Origin: Felis catus
Taxonomy: Eukaryota
Length of the DNA stretch: 64,000 nucleotides
Direction of reading: 5' to 3'
Assembly (NCBI RefSeq): GCF_018350175.1
Contig: NC_058382.1
Location: forward strand, 60,576,001-60,640,000
Numbering within the stretch: position 1 is the first letter of the stretch; the number at the start of each line of letters is the position of its first letter. Under the pieces are notes generated by a model, which saw only the letters and a list, made by a program, of their open reading frames with translations, did no database searches and was not told where the DNA came from. Below are positions 23,001 to 33,500 of this stretch, piece by piece. Position numbers and translations under genes: made by a program.

Positions 23001-26000
23001 GCAGACCCCGGGCTGGCCAAGGGGGACAGCTGATAGAAGGGGGGACACAGAGGGGGTCCCCGGGATCCCCGAGGCCTCAGTGCCGGCCCTTGGGGCTGCT
23101 GGCACCTGCCAGCCCTCACCAGGCCTCGGGCCTCGGGCAAGTTGCCTCCCTGCCCTGAGCCTTGGCCTCCCTCGAACCGCGCCTGAGCCGGATCCTGCCG
23201 ACCCCGCCGCCCCTGAGGGGCTGAGGGCCCCAGGGCTGCGGCAGCATTCTGCCAACCGAGAAGTGCTGTGCCCCCCGGGGGCGGCACCGTCCCCACCCCG
23301 AGCCCGGCAGCACCGCCCCGGCCGTGTCCCGGCATCTGCGGAGGCAGGATACATGGAGTACGCGCCGAACCACCAACTGGTAAACTGGCCGGCAGTGGCC
23401 ACGATGCCCCCCGTGACAAGGACTGTGGGCAGAGGAGAGGCAGGTCAGCGGGGCTGGCGGCTGCAGGGGCTCCGGCCGCCTCTCCCTGTGTCCCCTCCCT
23501 CGGCAAGGCCACTGGTCCGTCACCCGTGCCCTGCTCCGCGACAACACGTCTGCCCGTGAAGGGGACACAGGCGGGCGCGGGCCCCTAGAAGCAACATGTG
23601 AGCGGGGGCAGGGGCGACGGAGCAGCGGGAGCCGGTGGGTGGGGTCCGGACCATACCAGTCCCCGGGGCTCTGCCACCCCCTTGCCACCTCCAGCATCTG
23701 CTCCTGTGGACAGCCGTGCCCGGCTGCTCTCCACCTCGATTCCAGCTGCGGGACCTGGGCACCCTGCCCCCCCCTCCCCCCCAGCCGAATCCGTCAGTCT
23801 TCCTCTCTGCGGTCCTGCTTCCCGCCGGCTGCTCTGGGAGGCACGACCTGGATCTTTTCTCCCCCGGAATTACTTTTTGGCACCTTTTCTATTGTGATAA
23901 CATACACATAACATGAAAGGTTCCATTTCAGCCATTTTAAAGTACACGGTTCAATGGGGCGCCTGGGTGGCTCCGTGGGTTAAGTGTCCGACTTCGGCCG
24001 AGGTCTCGATCTCGCAGTTTGTGAGTTCGAGCCCCGTGTCGGGCTCTGTGCTGACGGCTCAGAGCCCGCCGGCTGCTCCGGATTCTGTCTCCCTTTCTCT
24101 CTGCCCCTCCCCCGCTCACACGCTGTCTCCCTCAAAAATATTTTTTTTTAATTTTTTTTAACGTTTATTTATTTTTGAGACAGAGAGAGACAGAGCATGA
24201 ACGGGGGAGGGGCAGAGAGAGAGGGAGACACAGAATCGGAAGCAGGCTCCAGCCTCCGGGCCATCAGCCCAGACCCCGACGCGGGGCTCGAACCCACGGA
24301 CCGCGAGATCGTGACCTGAGCCGAAGTCAGATGCCCAACCGACTGAAAAATATTTTAAATAAACACTAAAATAAAACAAAGTACACGGCTCGGTGGCCTA
24401 AGTCCACGCACACTATCGTGCCCACCTGCAGAACTCCAGCAGCTTGCCGAGGGACGAGTACGACGCGGGACAGTGTGCGGGCATAATCCTGACGACTTTA
24501 CGGGCGCTCCCCACGTGCCCTGCACCCACATCGACGTGCCCCCCCCACCCCAGAAGCCCCCCCGTGCCCCGTCCAGTCAGGGCCGGCCTCTGCGTCCGGC
24601 TCCTTCCGTTCAACAGCTTGTCAAGGCCGTTCAGGTGGCTTCCTGCCGTAGGTACCGACCACGACGGATTTCTCCACTCTCCCGCCTTTGGGACGTTTTG
24701 CTTGCTTCCAGGTTTGTCCCGTTATGAATAAGCTGACACAGCGCTTAATAGTTTTCAATCGTTTGTAAGAGTTTTAACAGTTTCCACCAGTTCAAGCCGA
24801 CAGCAAACCGACCATCCTGGACTTGCCGTGGCCGATTCGAAGTTCCTCTTTCTCTCTAACAAGCCCCGTGTCACGTTTCCCGCCTCCAGCTATCTTGCTC
24901 AAACTTTAAATTTTACAATTTCTCTTCCTGGGTCTCGTGTGGATTCCAGCTTAACCTCAGCCCCACCCACAGACCTCCCGTGGTGATAAATGATAAATCA
25001 TTCACCCTTCCAACCGGCCACAGCCTGTTCAGCGTTCTGGGCTCAGCGACACCCCCTGCCCCTGCTGACGGGCATCCCTCGGGGGGTCCCCCGGGAGTCA
25101 GGCTTCCTCTGGGCACCTCAGATTTTATTCCACCGCCTTCTGGCGGTGATTCTCGATGATGAGTGTGGACTCGGCCTGACTCGGCCTGTACTTTTCTCCT
25201 CTGATAAATGGCAAGATTTTCTTTAATGGTCTGTATTTTCATTACAGCGTGTCCAAGAAGGGATCTGTTTTCCGCTATTCTGCGTTCTGCTTTCTCCTTC
25301 GATCTGAGACTCTCCGTTTCTGCAAAACGCTCACCCATTACCCTTGGGTATTGCCTCCCTGTGTCCTTCCTTCGGAGCATGACTGTCTTGCCTCGGGACC
25401 TGCCGCCGCCCACGGGGCGGGTCTCCCCCCATCCACCAGACCCCTCCCCCCAACCTGCTTCCCATGGGGGTCCCCTGCCCCGCCCACCCTGCCCACAGGG
25501 CAGGTCTCCCCGCACCACTGCGCACGGCTGGCCTCTATTTAATAAATAACCCATCTGTGTCTCTGGGCTGCGAGCGCGAGGATCCCCCAGCCCCGTCTTA
25601 CGGGCCCCTAACCCTCTCGTCTTTAGATAGCGTTCAATTCATCCACTGACCCGTAGCGACTTTATTTCGTGACATTCTGCATTAGCTCACTTTCTGCACT
25701 GTCCTGTTTTTGCTGTGTAATTCTCTATTCCTTTCCCTCCTTGAACAGTTGTGCCCGCAGTCGTGGGCGTAAACACGCGCTCACATTCGCGTGTCTTCCA
25801 GAAGGCACCGCAGCCCCAGCCCCTGGAGGTGTGTGTGCTGCCTCTCCCCGGGCCGTGCTTCCTCCCACGGCGGGCGCGTGCGGGCTGCTGGCGGGGCCTG
25901 CCTTCCTGCAGCGGTCGGGGACAGACGTCCTCGCAGGGAAGTTACACACTGGCCTCTGCTGGGGGCCTCCGGGTCTCTCCAGTCCTGGATCCGGTTCATC

Positions 26001-28476
26001 GGAATGTCCCGGTCCAGCACAGGGTAGGGGGGACGCAGCCCTTCCCACACACAGAGCAGGCCTGGGGTTCCGGGGTTTTGCCTCGTTGGTGACTTGTTCC
26101 AGCCCTGGCTGCAGGTGGCAAGCGTCCTCGGAGGGGACCACTTCCTTCTCCGTCTCTTGTGCAGGTGGGCCTCCCCAGCCGGGTCCAGTCACGTAGCCCA
26201 GAACCGCCCGTGTCCACGCAGAGGCCCTGAAACCCCACCGAGGGAGAGTCGAAGCCCCTGACGGTGTCGCTGTTCTCCGGGCCGCCCCTCCTTCGGCCCC
26301 CGGACACCACCTTGAAACCTCACTTTGCTTTTCTAGCCCACAGATTTCCTACTCCTGTGCTGAGCTTTGCTACACATTAACCACGTGTGCTTGCCCGGCA
26401 GCGCGCGGGGTGGGGGCTGGAACAGGGCACTCAGCACACTTGTCTTGGGTGCCTCGTCCCCCCTCCCGAGCTGCAGTTTCGCTGCCTGCCATCAGCAAGA
26501 GGGGAGCAAAGACACGGGTGACCCACCAGGACGGCAGGGCTGCTCCGTCACCCACCGAGGCTGACAGAGCCCTAGTAAGTACAGGACTCACCGGAACAAG
26601 GAAAGGTGAGGCCTCGGCTCTCGGGGGGCCTCACGGTCTTGTCGGGGGAACAGAAATACACATCGGAACTGGAACAGGGAACGTGACGCAAGGCCTGGGG
26701 CTACTTTACGTCCGGTGCTCCCCAAAGACTCCTCCAGGCTCGTGGCAATTTGAGCCGAGAAATGAATGGAAAAGCCAGCCGCCCACAGATGCTTCAGACA
26801 GAAGATGCCTCTTCAGCGAGGCACTTGGATCCGCTCAGGAGATCCGGGAACAGAAAGGAAGCAGGTGCCCTCGGAGCTCCGGAGCAGGGAGGGAGCTGGC
26901 GGGGCAGGGAAGGGGGCGGCCAGAAGTGGCTTCCGTTGTGTGTACCCGAAAGGTACCGAGGGCTTTGAGCAGCAGGTGACACGGTCTGGTCAGATGGGGC
27001 TTTCCACAATAGAAAAACCTGTGGGGTGTGCCTGCTGGTGGGTCTCGCCAGGCCCGAGGGGCCCCAGGGGGCTGAAGTTTATGCCGAGAAGAGAAGTCAA
27101 CAAAGGGGGAGCCGGGGGACGGGAGTGCCCTGGGGGACCTTCTGACACACCGTCTTGTTTGATGGCGAAGAAGGCGGAGCCCGGGCCTCGACCTCACAGT
27201 CAGCACAGTGGACGTGAACAGAGTGGGCCCCGTGGCCCCCGTGGGCAGGTGTTAGCTAAGGCCAGGCCAGGCCAGCCTGCACGCAGTGGGCCTTCAGGGA
27301 ATGGGGCCCCAGGGCCTAGAACCCTCTACTTGCTGGGAGGGTGGGAGTTGCAGGAAGCGGGTGAGGGTGGTCTGCAGTGGTCTATCTAGGGCGTCCTGCC
27401 CCACTGCCTGGGGACAGGGAGAAGCACCATCTAACTGAGCCACTCTGGAGGCCAAAAGCAGGGGTGACCTGCGTGGATGGGGAACAGACTGCTAGGCCCC
27501 GGGCCCCCATGTGCTCCTACAGTGTGGGGCTGGGGAGTCTACCTCCGACCCTTCCCTCCGCGGCTGGTCCCAGCTGAATGGTAGTGGGCTGAGACCCTCC
27601 TTGCGAGCACGTCCCCCCCCCCCCCTTCGGCACAGGCCCTTCCTGGGAGTGGCAGGTGCCAGGTGGGAGGGGCCAGGCAGAGCCAGAGCATCTGCGCCCA
27701 CTCTTGCCTCAGACTCCGTCTGGGACTCAGCTTTACCCCACCCAGTCCTAAGAAGTTCCTGCTTTCGGTACAGGGCTGGGGTGCAGACCCCACCGCTCCT
27801 TAACCAGAGCTCTTGAGTACAGGGCCGGGCAGGGTGACTGGGGGCCCTGACCCCTTCCCCGGTCTCTCTGGGAGTTGAGCTGAAAGGGGGTCACTCTGGG
27901 GGTTTCCAGCCACCTTATGAAATCCCAGATGCCCTTCTGTGCACCTGGGGGCTGGGCCCCAGATGGAGAGCGGCTGCCACCCAGGACGCGAAGAGAGGGA
28001 GGCCCTCGCCATCGCTGGGCCAAAGCCCCCATCCAGGGCAGCGGCGGGGGGAGGGGGGTTTGGCGGACACCGACGTCCACATGCCGGGTTTTCCCAACCC
28101 TTGGGGGACAGTGACTCCCCGGAAACTACCAAGGACGAAAGGCCTCTTCCCCTGGCTGCAACTTCCTCTTTCAGTGTAGAGGTCCAGACGCGGATGGGGG
28201 ACTGAAGAGGGTACGGCTCGGGGGGTGGGGTGGGCAGTGGGCGGGGGTCTCCGAACCCCCTCCGCAGGCAGAAGTCTCTGACTGCCTGCACCCTACCCCC
28301 ACCCCTGGCCCGCCCCGCCCCGCCGCTGCACGTACCCCACCCCCTTCCCTGTTTCAGTCCCCACTCTCGGAGCCCCCGCGGGGCCGGCCCGCAGCCCGAG
28401 GTCCCGGCGCACACTCACTCAGGCCGGACGCCAGCGCCTGCTCGTTGGCCCACATGGCCCACTCGATCTGCCCCAT
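19873..28476 (-). CDS. CYBA: Cytochrome b-245 light chain p22phox (6 exons, 194 aa)
   Basis: complement(join(28419..28476,23353..23422,22717..22791,22436..22519,21869..21950,19873..20088)); 585 nt, [23 protein letters not shown]...[17 protein letters not shown]...[10 protein letters not shown] (p47phox SH3 ligand)...DEVV*. Confidence 0.97.
21869..21950 (-). CDS. CYBA: CYBA exon 5
   Basis: 82 nt; [27 protein letters not shown]|gtgagt. Confidence 0.96.
22436..22519 (-). CDS. CYBA: CYBA exon 4
   Basis: 84 nt; [27 protein letters not shown]|gtgagc. Confidence 0.96.
22717..22791 (-). CDS. CYBA: CYBA exon 3
   Basis: 75 nt; [24 protein letters not shown]|gtgagt. Confidence 0.96.
23353..23422 (-). 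CDS. CYBA: CYBA exon 2
   Basis: 70 nt; [22 protein letters not shown]|gtatcc. Confidence 0.95.
23956..24377 (+). mobile_element. CanSINE (feliform type) with a second SINE inserted in its tail
   Basis: ggggcgcctgggtggctc...(CT)n...aaaaata; TSD AAAGTACACGGYTC at 23939-23952 and 24378-24391. Confidence 0.9.
24145..24345 (-). mobile_element. CanSINE, 5'-truncated, inverted inside the previous SINE
   Basis: T-tract, gagacagagagagacagagcatgaacggggg...gacctgagccgaagtc; TSD AAAAATATTTT at 24134-24144 and 24346-24356. Confidence 0.9.
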
Positions 28477-28900
28477 AGCGGCGGAGGCGACGACAGCTCG
28501 GCGGACTCCGCGGCAACACTGCGGCCCGCGCTCCCGCCGCCCGCCCCTCCCGAGGGCCGGCCCCGCCCCCGCCCCCGCCCCCGGCGGCAGACCCCACCCC
28601 CGGCGGCTCCAGGCCCCGCCCCTCAGGGCAGAAGAGAGCCCGGTTGGGGCCGCACTCTTCCCCGCCCCCGGCCTCAGGCCCCGCCCCTCCAGGCAGGTGG
28701 GAGCTTCGCTGCGGCCCGCCGGCCTCCCACCGCTCGCCCCGACAGCGACAGCGACAGCCCGGACCGGAGCAAAGGCGGGCCCTGCCTGTCCCGGGCCTTC
28801 CCCCTGGGGGGTGTCCCCTGCAGGCCCAGCCAGCCCGCCTTCGGGCCCAGGCCTCCCGGCTCACTTCCTCCTTCCAGCTCCTTCCGGGCGCGCGCGGGCG
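28200..28900 (-). promoter_or_regulatory. CYBA CpG-island promoter with GC boxes and an ETS/PU.1-like site
   Basis: Dense CpG around exon 1; repeated CCCCGCCCC at 28560-28620; GAGGAAGT (minus strand) at 28863-28870. Confidence 0.75.
28419..28476 (-). CDS. CYBA: CYBA exon 1 coding part
   Basis: 58 nt; [19 protein letters not shown]|gtgagt. Confidence 0.96.
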
Positions 28901-29931
28901 GGGGAGGCCACCACTTTAACCGGCCAGCTCCATGTCCGAGCATCACGTGGGCTGCTTATGACCAGGGCGATGCCTGGCAGGCTGGGCCAGGGGGAGCAGG
29001 CTGTGAGGTGGGTGTACCTGCGGACGAAGGCAGAGGCACCCCAGAATGCTCCGCCTCTCCTTGGAGCTTCCAGACCAAGGATCAGGCAGGTGGCAACAGG
29101 GGCCTCTCCGGGAGGTGTGGGCAGGCTGCGTTCCTAGAAGGGTTTAAAGGCCCAGAACCTTCACCACGCCCACACAATGGATGCCCCACGAGGGAGCAAG
29201 GCCTTCTTGGACGCCAGTACCTGCTCTAGGGATGGTGGCAGGCCCAGCCCCCACTTCCTCATCCGGCCCAGGCACCCCTCTGCTCACAGCGCTGACTGGA
29301 GGACAGAAGCCAAGCTTCCGAGAAAATCCAGACTGCAAGAGCCTGCCCCTTTGTCATCCCCTCCACACTGCCCCTTGAGGGTGACTTCAGCAGTGGCGGC
29401 CCCGGCCCCAGCCCCGGTCCCTGGTGGGAGAGGGGCAGGGGTTCTCCCAGGTGCCCACCCCCTCCCAGAAGCCTGCCTGCACTACACTGACATTTTGGAA
29501 GTGGGGAAGGGTGGCATTCCTATGGTTTCATGATCCAGAAACTCCTGGGCTGAGGGGAATCATGTCCCTAACCAGCACTGCGGCCAAAAAACCCACTTCC
29601 TGCCTTCTTTTGTGGACAGGAACTTGAAGCAAGACCCGAACCACACCCCCACGCCTGTCAGGGCTTTAAGGATTGTGTCAGCCACCGAAAATGGGCCACA
29701 GTCGTGGCCACGTGCATGGCCAGCAGGAGACAGAGGGCAGCTTCTTCAGGTGCAAGCTGGCTCCAAGCTCTGCCCATCCTGCCCACACCCTCCAGCCTCT
29801 CAGAGCAGGGACCCCAGAGCACTGGTGGAGGAATCGAGAAGGCCCCAGTCAGGAGCACTGTCTTTCTTCCCAGCAGCCCACAGGGCTCTGGGCATCGCGC
29901 TCCCACCTCCCACAGGAGACACACCGGTGTC

Positions 29932-30055
29932 TTTTTTTTTTTTTTTTTTTTAATTTATTTTTAAAGTAAACTCTCCAGCTGCCAACATGGGCTTGAACTC
30001 ACGACCCTGTGATCAAGACTCCCACGCTCCACCACTGAGCTCGCCAGGCGCCCCC
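29932..30055 (-). mobile_element. Short tRNA-derived carnivore SINE in the MVD 3' region
   Basis: Minus strand ggggcgcctggcgagctcagtggtggagcgtgggagtcttgatcacagggtcgtgagttcaagccc...aaaaataaatt(A)n. Confidence 0.85.
29954..29959 (-). terminator. Probable MVD polyadenylation signal (inside the SINE tail)
   Basis: First minus-strand AATAAA after the MVD stop (about 550 nt); I saw no other between the stop and the CYBA promoter. Confidence 0.55.
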
Positions 30056-30510
30056 AGTGGTCATTTTGCACAGAAACGTTCCATTCACACCTCGTGGCCT
30101 GTGTCTGGCAGAGGAGCCGTAGGCGGCTCTCAGGCTTCAAGTCTTCCAGAGGGTCCCTGAGGTCTGCAGAGGCGTCCTGTCCTCCGGCTCTGAGGAGGGA
30201 CGCCACCTCCCCGTCATATCCGGCACGGCTGCCGTCTGGGGCGGTGGCAGCGGCCCCAGAGGGCGAGGCCAGGGAGCCCCATGCCATCCAGCCCGGCACC
30301 CGCTGGGGGGCGTGCCCCCGACTGCCCAGGTGGCGCCAACGGTCACTCCAAGTGTCCCAACGTGGCCACAGCAAGTGGCCTGGCCTGGAGCCCGGCGGCT
30401 ACCCCTCGAGCCCCCAGTGAGCAGACTCGCAGCCGCCACACCCAGCACCCCTGTCCTGGCGAAGCGGCCCTTGTCCCAGCGGCGGCTGGGGCTCGTCTTG
30501 GGGAAGGTGG

Positions 30511-30591
30511 TCAAGCAGCTGGCTTCGGCAGGCCGTCGGGGCCCAGGAGGTGGGCGTGAGGGTCGTCCAGCATTTGAGGCCCGGGGCCCAC
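30511..30591 (-). CDS. MVD: MVD exon 10
   Basis: gacag|[26 protein letters not shown]. Confidence 0.95.
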   Translation of the reverse strand: MGPGPQMLDDPHAHLLGPDGLPKPAA

Positions 30592-33500
30592 CTGTCAGGT
30601 CGTGCCAACAGGAGAAAGGGAAGTGCAGGTCAGAAACTAACAGAGGCTAACAACCCGTGTGGGCCACTACAGGCACCCGGTCACTGGGCCTCCGTCACCC
30701 AGACCTAGGGTGGATAGCACGTGCAAGGTGGAAGGTGGAGACCGTGGCCTCGGTGCTCAGGTCATGGGACTCAGACTCGGGCAGATCCGAGCAGAACGCC
30801 GGCTCGGGCACTCTGAGCTGTGCCCACGTGGTGAGCCCCAAGGGTCCCCAGCACTTGTGAGTCTCCCTAAGTCTCCCCACTCAGCACTGGGGACGCCGGT
30901 GGTCCCAGCGTGTTCCCAAGTGCTCCCCTCGCTTGGCGGCGGGGGTGGGAGGGTCCCCAAACATCCACTTTGAGAGTAAGTGAGTGGACGGGACAAACCA
31001 CACTGTACCAAACGCTCTGAAAACAGAAAGGTGGTGTCACTGTTACCACCAGCAAGCCGGCTTCCTGCCGGGGACAGACCGGGGCCGGGGAGCCCCTTCA
31101 CCTGCCGGCAGACTGGCCGTGAGCCCTCAGTGGGCCGGGCCGCTGGGCCTCACCTGCGTGGCGATGATGTACTTGACGCCGCCGGGGGTGGGATCCACAT
31201 CCAGCGCGGCCCTCAGCTCGTCTGAGAGCGAGGCAGGCCTCACGGGCAGCCCCTTCAGAAACCTGGGGAGAGACGGGCCGCACGTCCTGAGCTCCCGACG
31301 GAAGGTGTGCAGACAGCAGACTCAACACAGGAAGAGCAGCGGTGGCTGCCGGGGGCGGGGGTGGCACTGCCGGAGGGGAGGGGACAGGTCTCCTCTGGGG
31401 ACGTGCACGGGCTCGGGAACCCAACGAAGTGCGTAAAGCCACCGGTTGTGCCCTTCGAGGCTGCTGACGCGGTGAGTAACGCGTGACGTGTATCTGACCT
31501 CACACACGCAGACACGCAGCCGGGCGCGCGTGCGCGAGAACCTGGCCGCGGTGGCCAGGAAGGGGGGACGAAGCTTAAGAGGGAAACACCCCGGTGCAAG
31601 TGTGAGTCCGTGGCCGTGTTCCCAGAACAGCAAAAGCCTGCAAACCACCCACGGGGTGACGAGGGCAGCAAGTTCAGAGACTCCCACGAGGACACCAGCT
31701 GCCTTGGGGATCGTCCTTGGTCGTGCGTTCTGTCCATCTGACAAGGAAGTCAGTCTTCCAGCCCCACCCCACTAGAAGTCGTCAGTGTTGCCCCAATTAC
31801 AGTGACAGAGAAACAACCCCGCGTATTCCCCGCAGCCCTAGCAGGGCGATCTCCCTGCACGGGGAACAGGGACCGCGGGGAGAAACGCAAAGGCCCCGTG
31901 GCCACCTCGAGGCTGGGGCCCTGCCCCACGGGAGCCATCACGCCGCGCACCCGTGCACGCGGCCCCAGGGCTGTGACCTGTGTGAGCAGTGCCTGCGGTC
32001 ACAGGGAGGTGCCCTCGGTCCCTGTAGAGATCGACGCTTGCCACGGGACCCCCGTTCAGCACCACGGCCTCAGATGCCACTGTCCCCAACCTCAGCAGGA
32101 GACCCTGCTCCTCCCCCCACGGCCTCCCAAACGCGGGGGCCCCCAACTCACTTGTCTCCGTTGGACTCGGGGGGAAAGCAGTGCCTCACGGCAGCCACGA
32201 ACTCGGGCACGGTGTCGTCCAGGGTAAAGACCACAGCGTTGGGGCCCGCGTCAAACGTGTACGCCACCTGGAACCCGCGTGGTCAGCGTGAGTGTCCGCG
32301 GAGAGGCCGGCCCGGCTCACACCTGTCACCCGCCACGGACACCCGTGGCCGCCCGCCAACTCAGGACCGGCCGGGGGGCGGCGCGGGCCGCGGCCCCTCG
32401 GCAGCCACGCACCCGGCGCAGTGGTCACGAAAGCAAGCGCCCGCGAGCAGCGGCGTCAAGCGGGCGCCGGGAGGCCTGGTGGCGGGCAGGCCCGTGCTGG
32501 GCCACGGCCTCGGGAACCCGCCGCAGGACTTCCGCCCCCAGCTGCCCCCCGGGCCCCCGCTAGCCTTGGTCTGCCCGTGGTGGGCGTTGAAGCAGTGCAC
32601 GAGGCGGACGATGCGTCTGGAGATGTCGCTGAGGTAGGAGATGGGCGGGAAGGTGTCCAGGCAGGTGGCGTGGAACTGGTTGCTGTCCTTCATGGTCAGC
32701 CGGCCGAAACCCTGGAAGTCCCGCTCCCGGACACAGTGGGTCATCTCCACCATGCGCCCCGGCACCACCGCCTCGGCCCGGAACTGCGAGGCACGGGAGA
32801 TTTCGCTGAGCGGAGCACAGCGGCCCGGCCCCGAGGGACGCAGGACGCGCCCCGGGCGGCCGCCCGCCCCCACCCACCCCAGCCTCACCCTCACCCTCAG
32901 CAGGGGGCTGGTCTCCACGCTGGTCTGCATGCCCGCCGTGCTGCCCATCAGCTTACGCTCCGCGCTCACCTGCACCGAGACAGACGGCCTGGACCCCAGC
33001 CTGCGGCCCCCAGCCCGGAACACGCGTCCCATCCCGTCCCGTCTCGCCCCCCCCCCCCCCCCCACGGGCTCGTGTGGGAAGCGGGACAGCGGTGCCCCCG
33101 ACCACAGAGGTCGCCCGCCCGGGCGGACACGGCGCGGTCCTGGGAGCGGCAGCCCGGCAGCTGCAGGGAGCCACGGGAGCCACGGGAGCCACGGGACGCT
33201 TCCACCTCCCGAGGCAGCCGCCCCTCCCAGCCTCACTCACCACAAGTATGAGGACTCGGAGTTCGGGCCAGTGTGACTCGGGGGCCACCTGCCGGGCGAC
33301 GCTGTCCTTCCCGTCGGCCCGCTCCCCCATCTGCCACTCCACGAAGCCGCCGTACAGGCTCCGACAGGCGCTGCCCGAGCCCCGGCGGGCCACTTCCGAG
33401 AGGTCGCTGTCAACCCCGTAGACCCGGGCCAGGGTGTAGGCTGCAGGCACAGGGTACGGGACACAGGGTGCTCAGATGGGCAGGCCGGGGGTCGGGGGGA

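Larger units (their letters stand above)
23870..24735 (-). mobile_element. Old L1M 3' fragment hosting two nested SINEs
   Basis: attgtgataacatacacataacatgaaagg...ccattttaaagtacac, resuming after the SINEs and ending ...ttatgaataagctg; L1M 3'-end motifs. Confidence 0.6.

Noticed and set aside
29932..30055. tRNA gene
   Set aside because: The A/B-box-like head is followed by AATAAA and an A-tail; it is a tRNA-derived SINE, not a full cloverleaf.
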